DNA of 63,640 nt, counting the filler, from Pachysolen tannophilus NRRL Y-2460 (taxonomy: Eukaryota), in the NCBI GenBank assembly GCA_001661245.1. It is 5 parts of 3 records of this genome, joined end to end, with 100 filler letters (N's around TTAATTAATTAA, not from the genome) between each part and the next. Parts side by side here need not be neighbours in the genome. Positions count along the whole stretch, not along the records: positions 15,804 to 35,090 come from KV454013.1; positions 35,191 to 63,640 come from KV454020.1; 3 more parts are not named here. One strand, given 5' to 3'. Under the pieces are notes generated by a model that did no database searches, was not told the origin of the DNA, and was given only the letters and a program-made list of their open reading frames with translations. A program made the translations under genes and the position numbers. Shown here piece by piece: positions 24,593 through 35,908 of this stretch. Every line of letters starts with the position of its first letter. Positions within the stretch are counted from its first letter, which is position 1.

Positions 24593-25885
24593 TTAATCAG
24601 TGTTCATGAACATTGGCTTGAATTCGTAAGTGACAGGATGCTTCCAGTTGGAAACAAGAGCACAGTTACCCATGTCTTGTTTAACAGCTTCAACTTCGGG
24701 TCTAATATCAAAGTCAAAAATATCCATAGGGAGACCAATTGAGGTACATGCATTAGGAACATCAACAATTCCAGCTACATGACCTTCAATTGGGGCAGAA
24801 GACAATAATAAATAGATTTGATAATCATTATATCCATATCTTCTCAAGTACTCAATTACCCTGATACATGCTTGTCTGTATGCAGTAGTAGCACATAAGA
24901 ATTTCTGTTCTCCTTCTTCATCAACAGAAAAACCTTCAAAAGTTAAGTACCTTGATGGCCCATAGTGGTTTTCAACATCACCTGGAATGTACATAGGAGA
25001 TTTCAATTGCAATTTTTTCATTCCACCTTTTATAATGGAGGTCTGAATTGTGATGACACCTGGCATTTCAACAGCACCACAAAAAGAAATCTCACCATCA
25101 CCTTGAGAAAAGTGTAAATCTCCGACTGAAAATTTAGCACCTTTTACATAAACGGGAAAGTAGGCCTTTGATCCTCTGGATAAATTCTTAATATCACAAT
25201 TTCCACCTTGCTCTGGCCTACCAGGGATAGTTCTAGCACCTTCCTTTGCAATTTTTTCTTTCAATTCACCATCAGCCGATCCTGCGTGAGCGTTAATCTC
25301 TTCTGGTAAATTTGCAACAGATGTTTCATGAGAATGCTGAATGTCGTTCTTCAAACCTGATTCTCTAGAATTCCACTCTTTCAAGACTTCATGAGATGGT
25401 GCTGTCCCCATAATTCCGGGATGAATTAAACCGGTAAATTTCACATGAGGTATATGTCTAGAAGTACAATGAATACCTTCAAAATCAAAGATCGCTTTAG
25501 CACATTCCGGATAAAATTTATCTAAAAATCCACCACCATTTTTTTTGTGAAAGATACCACAGTAACCCCAAGGTTGCCTATCTAGTGGTTGAACATCCTT
25601 AATTTCAACCACCAAGCAATCCCCTGGCTCTGCACCTTCAATGTTAAAGGGTCCGGATAGATAGTGAATCCTTGTCAAATCTACAGCTCTCAAATCATCA
25701 GCTGTATCATTATTCCCAATTTGATTTCCAGTCCAGTCCAAACATTCAATTTTAACAGTCTCACCTGGTTTAATTGTTTCGCTAAAAGGAACATCTGGAT
25801 GCCATCTATTATGAGTCTGTGGCTGCTGATCACCAGGCTTTGTTAAATCGACTTTGGTAACGTATCTAATTGGTTCTTTTGGCAT
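24593..25885 (-). CDS. Formamidase (FmdA/AmdA acetamidase-formamidase family)
   Basis: HNRWHPD, GGNCDIKNLSRGS, GDLHFSQGDGEISFCGAVEM. Confidence 0.93.
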   Translation of the reverse strand: MPKEPIRYVTKVDLTKPGDQQPQTHNRWHPDVPFSETIKPGETVKIECLDWTGNQIGNNDTADDLRAVDLTRIHYLSGPFNIEGAEPGDCLVVEIKDVQPLDRQPWGYCGIFHKKNGGGFLDKFYPECAKAIFDFEGIHCTSRHIPHVKFTGLIHPGIMGTAPSHEVLKEWNSRESGLKNDIQHSHETSVANLPEEINAHAGSADGELKEKIAKEGARTIPGRPEQGGNCDIKNLSRGSKAYFPVYVKGAKFSVGDLHFSQGDGEISFCGAVEMPGVITIQTSIIKGGMKKLQLKSPMYIPGDVENHYGPSRYLTFEGFSVDEEGEQKFLCATTAYRQACIRVIEYLRRYGYNDYQIYLLLSSAPIEGHVAGIVDVPNACTSIGLPMDIFDFDIRPEVEAVKQDMGNCALVSNWKHPVTYEFKPMFMNTD

Positions 25886-27187
25886 ATTTCAAGTAAGAGC
25901 AATAGTGATTTCTGTTTTAACTCTTGTGTTCTCATTAAATTTAAAATAACCAACATTTTGGGAGATATCACTTTTTAAAGCATGAAAAAGATAATTTTCT
26001 TCGGCAAAGTTTATCTAAAAAACGGTATCCGATTGTCGATAGACAAATCTATGATGTATATACACAATAAATGATTTTAATTGGTAGTTTAACGTTTTAT
26101 CTATCTTTCCTGCCGCTCCATTAATCCTAATTCAAAACTTATAAATTCATGTTTTCGAAGATCATGAATAATCAATGCAAGGTTTGTTCCCTTTAATTTA
26201 GCGATGTATATCAACCCTAACTGATAAGAGTTTTAAAAAATATTTTTTATCTACACTAAACCTAAGGTTGTAAAGTAAACCGTCACCAAACAATTAGCAG
26301 TCAGAAATATACTGAAGTATACCTTGTTGATAACAGCTGAAACTTGGCGAAATTACTTAAAAAGGAAATAATGTCGGCGATCTAATTCTCCGGCGTACGT
26401 ATTCATATTGCATGATAAAATTTGATGTTTATCTTTATCTAAAAATTTTCAAAAATGGAATTTCAATTGCTCAAAAAGAAGGAAACAAAGAAGTAAAAAA
26501 TAAGAAAATAGCAATTATGGACATCAGTGAAGAATATTTGGATAAAGAAATAAAAAATTAGAGTTAAATCATAGAATTTTTTCATCAAACAGAATCTGTT
26601 AGATGGTGGAACAAATAGCTGCAGTAAATAGTCCCCCAAAAATTAAGGTTTAACTTAAAATTATTTTCTCCACACTCTGCATAATCGATTAGATTCACTA
26701 ATCTGATTGCAATTTTCTTATGTACCGTGGTTTGACTTTTCGTTAGCAAAGGTTACCTACATCTAGAATCAAACTATAGTGAAATAATAGTCGATTAACA
26801 CTATGACAAGTCTCAAAAGAAAAGTCAACCTGCTTTTCTGCTGTCTCACAAATTCAAGTGTGTATGTAGGACTTAATACGGACGTTAACTCCAGGAAAAT
26901 ATTATGATAAGAGATAGATTACTTAAAGATTATCAGACAGATATGATCGGCAAAATCCAAAATTGTCGTAAATCCGTCCTGATTAGTTAAAACAATTTTT
27001 TTGAACTTAACAATTTGTTATTTTGAATGGTTGAGTTTTCTTATCGACTTCAATAACTTTAATATAACCATAAGCAGTGACCTGCTTCAGACAATTGAGG
27101 GTTCATACATATAAAACTCAGGACGTTCGCATAAAAAAATATCTCATCGCTAAAATTCAAACAGAATTAACTTCAAGATTAGCAACA
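25886..27187. promoter_or_regulatory. Divergent promoter rich in GATAA/TTATC (nitrogen-catabolite GATA sites)
   Basis: About a dozen GATAA/TTATC sites, including GATAAG at 26223 and 26906 and CTTATC at 27040. Confidence 0.5.
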
Positions 27188-29290
27188 ATGACAATTGAAG
27201 GTACAATTCTTTCTCAGGCTTATGGGTATGGTTTCGTAGTCGGACTAGGAGCTGCTTTTGCTATTTTGATGGTAATTGTAACAACCATCTTATCAAAATA
27301 TGTTGGTGAGGTTCAGGATTCTGAACATTTTTCTACAGCTTCAAGATCTGTTAAAACAGGTTTGATTTCATCCGCTGTTGTTTCGTCTTGGACATGGCCA
27401 GGTAAGTTGAGAAAATATTTTATTTTTTTTTTTCTATTTTCTTTATTGTCTCATCTTGTAATTTCGTTTTACTAACTTATTCTATTATAAGGTACTTTAC
27501 TTACCAGTTCTGGTATGACCTATGAATACGGTGTTATTGGATGTATGTGGTATGCTTTTGCTTTCACAATTCAAATCACATTCTTTGCTGTTATTGCTTT
27601 AGAAATTAAAAAGAAATGTCCAGCTACTCATACTATAGTTGAGGTTGTTAAGGTCAGATTTGGGAAATACGCCCATTGGATTTTTCTTTTCTATGCTCTT
27701 GGAACAAACGTTATTATCTCAGCAATGTTATTATTAGGTGGTGCTCAAGCTATTTCTGTCTTAACAGGTATGCATATAGTTGCAGCAGCATTCTTATTAC
27801 CTTTTAGTGTTTGTCTTTATACAATGTCAGGTGGTTTGAAAGCAACATTCCTTTCTGATTGGATTCATACCGTTATCATTTATTCTGTTATTTTAACAGC
27901 AATTTTTGTTGCCTACACTTCATCTGAACATATTGGCTCATTTGATAAGATGTATGATCTTTTAACAGAAGTTTCTAAAACATTTCCAAGTGAAGGTTAC
28001 GAAGGAAGTTACTTAACTATGAGAAATAAAGTTGCTATTTTCAATGCTTGGAACATTGTGATTGGTGGTTTCAGTACTGTCTTTTGTGATCCATCTTATG
28101 GTCAAAAAGCTATTGCTGCAAAACCATTAGCTGCCGCAAAAGGTTATTTCTTTGGAGGATTGAGTTGGTTAATAGTACCTTGGGCATTAGGTTCTTGTTC
28201 TGCATTGTCAGCTTTAGCCTTAACTAATAATCCTATTTCACCAACTTATCCAGATATGATTAGTACAAAAGAAATCAATGAGGGAATTCCAATGTTGTAT
28301 GGATTATACTGTTTGATGGGTAAGAGTGGTGCAGCTGCAGGTTTATTAATTATATTCATGGCTTGTACTTCTGCAACATCAGCAGAATTAGTTGGATTTT
28401 CTTCTGTCATAACTTATGATGTTTACAGAACTTATATTAATCCAAAAGCACATGGTTCACAATTAGTAAAAGTTTCTCACTACGCAGTTGCATTTTTTGC
28501 TATTGCAATGGGTGCTTTGACCGTTGTCTTCAATTATATCGGTATTACTATTTCATGGATCATTAGTTTTATTGGTATTATTTTAAGTCCAGCAGTTTTT
28601 GGAGTTACCTTAACCTTGTTTTGGAGAAAGATGACACCATTAAGTTTAATCATTGGTTTACCATTGGCTACTTTAACTGCTTTGCTTAGTTGGATCGGAG
28701 CAGCCAAGAGTCTTTACGGTGAGGTTAATAAAACTACTTTGGGTGAACAATATTCTTGTGCAGTTGGTAACTTTGTTAGTTTATTTTCCTCTCTTATATA
28801 CGTTATTGCCATAACTTATATTAAACCTCCAAAAGAAGAATACGATTTTTCAACTTTGGATTCACAATTCGAAGTCGGAGATGATGCTACCAAACAGGAA
28901 ATTGAAGCAACTACATCATTGAGTGGTGCAGAAGCCAAAAAATTGAAGTTTGCATCAAAGATAACAATGATAACTGCCTGGGTTATTTTCTTTATTTTGA
29001 TCTTTATCGTACCTATGCCGATGTACGGTCAAAGTTATGTTTTTACCAAGAGTTTCTTTAGAGGTTGGATAATTGTTATCATGATATGGTTGATTATCGC
29101 GGCCCTTTACATTACAATTTTCCCTGTTTATGAAAGTTGGGACGTTTTATGTGGACTATTCAAAGCTATCAAGGCTGGTAAAACAATTAAAGTTGAACCA
29201 GCTATCAAAAGCAGTGGTGGTAGTACAGCTGACATTTCTGAAAATGAAGCTGTTGAATTAGTAACAGAAAATTACGAAACTAAGACTTGA
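27188..29290 (+). CDS. Sodium:solute symporter, Dur3-like urea/amide/polyamine transporter; exons 27188-27401 and 27492-29290
   Basis: SAVVSSWTWP-G-TLL, GGLKATFLSDWIHT, YDVYRTYINP; intron GTAAGT...TACTAAC...AAG restores frame. Confidence 0.9.
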
Positions 29291-29645
29291 GTGATAAGTA
29301 ATTGTTTTTTCGGCTTTTGAAATTTAAAAATATATAATTGTTTTATTGTAGTTTTATATATAGAACTAAGATTTGATCTAGTCTTGTCTGCTCTGATCTC
29401 ATCTGCCTTTCTAGCTTTATCTTTTCTATAAATATTATTTATTGTTTACCAATTAAACGTAAATCGCTCTTAAAAGCAAACGATCAGTTTAAGTTACGTA
29501 AAAAAATTACGAAAATGAAAAATGAGAAAAATATAAAAATAAATAAAAAAAAAAATTACACCAAATTATTCTATTTCTATTCGTTATCGGAAGAAATTGA
29601 GCTACATTATTTGGTAAAACTTCTATAAGCAATCAGCAGTATAAA

Positions 29646-31505
29646 ATGAAATTGAATCCGGAATTGGTTGATAACTGCCATAAAGATGAATATATTCAAG
29701 AAGAGTAAGTTTATTTTTTTTTTATTTTTTTCAATTAAGAAGAGGAATAATAAGAACATAAATAAAACTAACTTTTTCAACTAATAAATTTATTTAGAAC
29801 TACGTTAAAACTAGAACAATTAATACCCAGGATTATTCAGGAACGAGGTTCGTTTTTGAATATAACGGAGGCTTCTTTAGAGCAGGAGATTAGTAGCCTT
29901 GATGAAAATAATATTGAGCAGACGAAAAAAGAAATAGATGAAGAAAATGTTGATGATCACACTGGTAGTTCATTGGAGACGACGAATATGATAATCCCAG
30001 AAGACGACACGATCCAGAAGTCATTAGATTCTTCTGCACTTACATATGAGGAATTTGTGAATTATAAAACAGAAGTTGTTAACTTGATGAAATCAGCATT
30101 GAATGAATCATCTTTGTCTTTGGATTTTATATCGTTGTTGATCTCATGTGTGAGACCTGCTGCTGGATCTATTTCTATGTCTCCACATTTAAAGCAGCAT
30201 ATAACGATTGGATCATTGAATAGTGATAAATTGTTGGAAGTTGAAGAAGAAGAAGGTAGCAAAGAAAAGCAATTGGAAAAAACATTGAAAGTTGGTCAAG
30301 GTTGGAAGTTAGAAGGTTTAGAAACTGCTTCTAAAACCTTAAGAGATTCAAGTATAAGACTTTTTGAAGAAATATTAAAAGAAAAAGAATATTGGAACAA
30401 TATCTTTAAAATAGTGAAGGCTAATGAAGTTCTTATTAAAATGAGTAATGTGGGTGGGAGTCTGAAAGATATAGGTGTTAAATATGGTTTTGGAGATTCT
30501 GGTTCAAAATATTTTGACAAAGGTATCGGCATATTGAAAAAAGATTTTAATAGTGGTGAAATTTTTTTCAAGCCTGTCGTAAACAATAATTTAGATAAGA
30601 GCCATAAAATTGTAAAAGTTAAGATTTCATATAAGAAAACTCCAAATATCCATGGTGAGTCCGATGTGGTTAAATTATTCTGCACATCTACAAAGACAGA
30701 TGCAAATGACATAGAGGGAAATCGAGATGAATCAATTGATATAAAAATTCTGAAAGCAAGGTTTTATTTATTTGAAGAAGAATTATTCCATGAATTAATC
30801 CGTGAAGCATCAACTTTGATATCATATCAAGTTCAAGTAATTAATAATGTAATTACTGTAGAATTACATGATCAAATCATTGAGATTGTGGAAGCATCAT
30901 TACCTCAAGGGAAATCGGAAATTGATTGTCCAAAATCACCTTTAGATTTAAAAGCAGAATATGTCTCATCTTTTTTACGGTTAATGCTCTGTGAAGAACA
31001 TAAGCAAAACTTATCATTGAAACATAAGGCACCAAAGCCTTTACCACAACAACATATTCATTCAAACAAAGATAAACCGGCCTTGTTATTGAGACCATTG
31101 ATTGGTCATTCAAGACACAATTTGTACATAAAACAGATGTTAAATATAGTAGAATCCGTGATTCAAGATTTTTACCCACTGGATTCTAAAACAATCATTT
31201 CTGAAAACTTGGATTTGAAAAAATATAATAACGTACCAGAATCAGAATCAAGGGACCCATTCATCAGATGTATAACTTCACCAAATTCCTTGATAGTGCT
31301 CAGGGACTTGAACTCATTATCTGATGATGCTACAAAGCTTAACTTCAAAATCAATATATCGAATACTTTCAATTTTGTAAATTTATTAATGAACCTCAAG
31401 CTTGAAATATTCCAAGATAATAGGACAGAAACTCTATTGGATGTTAACTTCACAGATTTTGAAGCAATTGAAGACTGTCTAAGATGGGCCTTGAAAAGAA
31501 ACTGA
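29646..31505 (+). CDS. SRB4: Mediator head subunit Med17; exons 29646-29704 and 29798-31505
   Basis: LIPRIIQERGSFLNITEASL, LDFISLL, VKYGFGDSGS, FEEELFHELIREA; intron GTAAGT...AACTAAC...TAG. Confidence 0.88.
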
Positions 31506-31675
31506 AAAGAAGAACGTCATTGTGTTAAATCGTTACTTAAATGTGACACTAAAAGTATATAGTAAAGCAAAAAATAGGTAGTGTTAATTTTACCGAGTTT
31601 ATAGTCAAAGAATAGATAGAAGTTGAATACTTTTTAATAATGAGTCAACTTGATTTGAATGATGAGTTGAATTAA

Positions 31676-32734
31676 ATGGTAAAAATGACGGCTAAGGAAA
31701 AGAGAGAGAAGATTTTAATAATTGGAACTGGAGGTGTGGGCATGATAGCGGCCCTTTGCCTTGAGTTGAACAATAATTGTGACATTACCTGTGTTGTTCG
31801 ATCTGATTATACGAAGGCCACAAAAGAAGGTTATAAGATTGAATCGGCAAACTATGGTGTTTTTGAAAACTGGAAGCCAACTAACATAGTCAAATCAGTT
31901 GAGGATGCTGTACAATTTGGACCATTTGAATTTATTGTTGTTTGTACAAAGAATATCCCTGATGGTCCAACTCCTGTCAATACTTTTTTGGAACCGGTAG
32001 TTACACCTATTATTTCAACAATAGTCTTAGTTCAAAATGGTATAGACATTGAAAAAGAATGTATTGCTTCTTTCCCTCAAAATATCTTTTTGAGTGGTGT
32101 TACCTTGATAGGATCAACAAATATGAATTGTCATGTTGTTCAAAGTGGGTTTGATAATTTGAGTGTCGGTTGTTTTTACAATAATTCTAATTTTACTACT
32201 GAAGAACATGATGCCGAAGCAAAAAAATTTATTTCTTTATACTCAAATGAGAAAAACAATGTATCTTATGATGCTAATGTCAGATTGACTAGATGGAAAA
32301 AATTAGTTTATAATTCTTCTATTAATACATGTACTGCAATTGTTGGATTAGATTTTACAAGAGCTTCAATGGCAAATGCTAAAGAGTCAATTATGAGACC
32401 AGCAATTAAAGAAATTTACAAAGTTGCTAAGAGTGATGGTTATGAAATTCCACCTGAAATTGAAGATGTAATGTTAAATATTAGTGATGGTTTATTTTAT
32501 TCACCTTCAATGTTAGTTGACGTTAAAAAAAATAGGTTGATGGAATTAGAAACAATTTTGGGTAACCCAATTAGAATAGCAAAGAAAAATAACGTTGATG
32601 TTCCAATATTAAACACTTTGTACAATTTATTATATATGATTCAATTTAAATTGAAAGAACATAACGGATTAATCAAAGTTGATGAAATTATTGATTCTTC
32701 TAGGAAAAAAGAACAATATGGAAATGGATTCTAG
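31676..32734 (+). CDS. Ketopantoate reductase PanE/ApbA-family oxidoreductase
   Basis: IIGTGGVG, LVQNGI, RWKKLVYN, YSPSMLVD...MELETILGNP. Confidence 0.88.
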   Translation: MVKMTAKEKREKILIIGTGGVGMIAALCLELNNNCDITCVVRSDYTKATKEGYKIESANYGVFENWKPTNIVKSVEDAVQFGPFEFIVVCTKNIPDGPTPVNTFLEPVVTPIISTIVLVQNGIDIEKECIASFPQNIFLSGVTLIGSTNMNCHVVQSGFDNLSVGCFYNNSNFTTEEHDAEAKKFISLYSNEKNNVSYDANVRLTRWKKLVYNSSINTCTAIVGLDFTRASMANAKESIMRPAIKEIYKVAKSDGYEIPPEIEDVMLNISDGLFYSPSMLVDVKKNRLMELETILGNPIRIAKKNNVDVPILNTLYNLLYMIQFKLKEHNGLIKVDEIIDSSRKKEQYGNGF

Positions 32735-32840
32735 TTCTAGTTAATATTATATATCATAGCATAGATATATATATATATATATATAATTATTTATTTATAT
32801 CAACAAAAGTTAGGAAAATTAACTAGATAAAACAAAACAT

Positions 32841-33878
32841 TTATTTATAACTTTTCTTTGGGAATGGATATGATGGACCAACTTCTTGAATTGATAAAGC
32901 AGCTAACCATTGTCCCATATCAATAGATTGATCCAAATCATTACCTTCTACTAAACCTGCCATAAAACCTGCAGCAAAAGCATCACCAGCTCCATTAGTA
33001 TCGACAATTTTAGAAGTTTCTAATGGGTGAACTGGATATTCTTTTATTTCAAATTCATTTTTCTCTATTTTATAAGTTACAGATAAAGTTGGATCTAAAC
33101 CTTGAGTAAAGATTACAACTCTATCTCTTTTAGTATTTACCTTGGTTAATTTTGCAATTGATTTGGCAATTTCTTTCAAATCTGTAGTATCAAGATCATG
33201 AGATTTTGCATAAGAATCAGCTTCAGATTCATTACAAATAACATAATCTGTGTATGGAATAACTTGATCCAATGGATCTTTAAAAAATTGAGGAATAAAA
33301 GGTGCTGAGAAATTTAACAGGAAAACTTTGTTAGTCTTTGCAGCATGTTCACCCAAGAGCTTAATAGCTTCTGGAGAAACAGTTAAATGAAAACCACCAA
33401 TATAGAAAAATTTTGCTGCTTCAATCAATTTCCAATTTTCAGGTTTTAACAAATGTTCTGGTTTAAATTCATTAGCAGCACCTAAATCTGTAGCTAAAGA
33501 TCTATTATTACCATTGATTAAAGCTGCACATTTACCTGTTGAATGATCAGATTGAACCATATATTCAGTTCTTAAACCAACAGATCTGTTTGCTTCAATT
33601 AATTTTTCAGCATACTTATCATTACCAACAGATCCAAAATATACAACAGAATCTTTTGGTAATAAATATTGTGCTCCTCTTGCAGTATTTTGAGCAGCAC
33701 CACCAGCAACAAGTTTCAAAGATGGGTTTGATAAACATTCATCAAAAATTGGCATCTGATGTGGTTCAACCAAGATGGCATCATTCTCTTTTAAACCATA
33801 TTTATCCAAATATGTCTTGTCAACATTGATTTGCATATCCAATAAAGGATTACCTAAACATACTAAAGGAAATGACAT
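32841..33878 (-). CDS. ADO1: Adenosine kinase (upstream in-frame ATG at 33962 possible)
   Basis: CLGNPLLD, GGAAQNTARGAQY, VDTNGAGDAFAAGF (PfkB family). Confidence 0.95.
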   Translation of the reverse strand: MSFPLVCLGNPLLDMQINVDKTYLDKYGLKENDAILVEPHQMPIFDECLSNPSLKLVAGGAAQNTARGAQYLLPKDSVVYFGSVGNDKYAEKLIEANRSVGLRTEYMVQSDHSTGKCAALINGNNRSLATDLGAANEFKPEHLLKPENWKLIEAAKFFYIGGFHLTVSPEAIKLLGEHAAKTNKVFLLNFSAPFIPQFFKDPLDQVIPYTDYVICNESEADSYAKSHDLDTTDLKEIAKSIAKLTKVNTKRDRVVIFTQGLDPTLSVTYKIEKNEFEIKEYPVHPLETSKIVDTNGAGDAFAAGFMAGLVEGNDLDQSIDMGQWLAALSIQEVGPSYPFPKKSYK

Positions 33879-34210
33879 GGTGCTATATTGTTTACTATAA
33901 AACTTTTTCAATAGATTAAATTTAATTCTTGAAAAACACTCTTTAATTATAAACGAATTCATAATACATTTTCTTTAAATTTTTCAATTTTTCAATTTTT
34001 GAAATTTTTGAAATTTTTTTTTTTTTCTCTTTTTTTTTGTTGAGATTTTATCTAAAATTAAATGAAAGTCTAGCACATGTTAAATACTATGATAACTACA
34101 TAGTTTTGAAAAGAAAAATTTTTGTTCTCGAGTACAAAAAAATGATAATCTATTTACTTATTAATATTAATTCTCTCATCAAGTCAAGTCAATTCAATTC
34201 AAGTCAAGTT

Positions 34211-35041
34211 TCATTCTTCTTTAGCTTTTGAACTGACAACCAATTTCTTTTTAGCGATTTTAATCATTTTACTTAACCAATATACATTTAAAGAATTTAA
34301 CATAATATTTAAAGAAATTGTTGTGAATGGTACAAATTTGTAATCAATTTTATTCCAAGCATTTGAATATTCCATAATTAGTAAAAAAGCAGCGTAAAAC
34401 CCCCATAATATTCTTACCAAGAAAAAAGTTAATATTAATAATAAACCATTAATCAAAGTAAATTTTGTATTTATAGAATTTTCTGGTAATTTTGATATGA
34501 ACCAATTGATATTTACAAAAGGTGTTGAGAGTTCAAATATTAAAAATCCAGGAATCCAAGGTTGACAATAAATAAATGTTGTTATAAAAACGTATAACGA
34601 CAGAAATGCATGTAATAAAAAACCAGGTCCAAAAAGAGAGTAATGACGCAAACAAATAATTAAATCCCAAATAAAATAACCTACTGTACAAGCAGCAACA
34701 AATGAACCATACTGAGTTCTACCAAAAACTGGATTTTCAAACCAATTCGAATGTTTAAACATTGGTAAAATGAATAAAATAGATAAAATACATTGTACCA
34801 TTGATACGGTATGTATATCAAAATTTAATTTCAGCTTTTTACTCAATTTTGTACTATAAAAATCTCCAAATATTGCCCCATTGATCAATGGTGAAATCAT
34901 AGAATATAAAACCTGATAAAGTAAAAATGATATAATCATTTCATGACCGTGTAACAAGAAATCATTTGTTATATGTGATTTAAACGGGTGTAATTTTAAA
35001 AAAATATCACTATCAAATGGTGTAAAAATATCAACTCCCAT
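34211..35041 (-). CDS. TLC (TRAM/LAG1/CLN8) domain membrane protein, Tda4-like
   Basis: NFDIHTVSMVQ, GYFIWD, FELSTPFVNINWF, FFLVRILWG. Confidence 0.85.
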   Translation of the reverse strand: MGVDIFTPFDSDIFLKLHPFKSHITNDFLLHGHEMIISFLLYQVLYSMISPLINGAIFGDFYSTKLSKKLKLNFDIHTVSMVQCILSILFILPMFKHSNWFENPVFGRTQYGSFVAACTVGYFIWDLIICLRHYSLFGPGFLLHAFLSLYVFITTFIYCQPWIPGFLIFELSTPFVNINWFISKLPENSINTKFTLINGLLLILTFFLVRILWGFYAAFLLIMEYSNAWNKIDYKFVPFTTISLNIMLNSLNVYWLSKMIKIAKKKLVVSSKAKEE

Positions 35042-35059
35042 GATTTCACACTTTAAACA

Positions 35060-35090
<31 letters not shown>

Positions 35091-35213
35091 NNNNNNNNNN
35101 NNNNNNNNNNNNNNNNNNNNNNNNNNNNNNNNNNTTAATTAATTAANNNNNNNNNNNNNNNNNNNNNNNNNNNNNNNNNNNNNNNNNNNNTATATATATA
35201 TAGTGAAAAATAA

Positions 35214-35287
35214 GCTTCTATAGCTTAACCTGGTTAGAGCAATAAACTGAAGATTTATTGGTAAAAGTTCAAATCTTTTTAGAAGCA
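35214..35287 (+). tRNA. trnF: mt tRNA-Phe (GAA)
   Basis: GCTTCTA/TAGAAGC acceptor; ATAAA-CT-GAA-GA-TTTAT. Confidence 0.92.
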
Positions 35288-35386
35288 TTATGATAAATAT
35301 AATGAAAATTATATTTATACCAAGATATAAAAGTAATAATTATTGAAAAATCTCGATAATAAATAAGAAATAAAAAATAAAAATAA

Positions 35387-35617
<231 letters not shown>

Positions 35618-35698
35618 TATAAGAACTTAATAAACATAAGAACTTAATAAAATTCAATAAATATCATTAAATTAATATTTAATTAATGATAATAATAA

Positions 35699-35778
35699 AA
35701 GCACTATAAATTTATAGGTAAAATATATATATATATTAATATATATTTAAAATATTGGTTCGAATCCAATAGTGTTTG
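35699..35778 (+). pseudogene. tRNA-like element (pseudo-tRNA) with AT-only anticodon arm
   Basis: AAGCACT/AGTGTTT acceptor, ATTGG-TTCGAAT-CCAAT T arm, GGT D loop; no recognisable anticodon loop. Confidence 0.65.
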
Positions 35779-35814
35779 TTGAGATAAATATAATGAAAGT
35801 TATATTTATACTAT

Positions 35815-35908
35815 ATATAAAAGGAAAATAAAAGAATAATAATAACCAATTAATAAATAAAAATTAATTAAAAATAAAAAATGAAAAATAATGACATGAG
35901 AAACATTA
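35815..35908 (+). repeat. 94-bp direct repeat of the nad6 leader plus first 6 codons (partner 37391-37484)
   Basis: 92/94 identical, no indels. Confidence 0.95.

Noticed and set aside
27077..27187. GTG-started extension of the Dur3-like ORF, and the TTG start given for MED17
   Set aside because: Better explained by ATG 27188, and by a spliced first exon from ATG 29646
35091..35191. Mitochondrial DNA next to nuclear genes as a giant NUMT
   Set aside because: Joined by the artificial N/TTAATTAATTAA spacer; the complete, largely intact gene set indicates the real mtDNA contig
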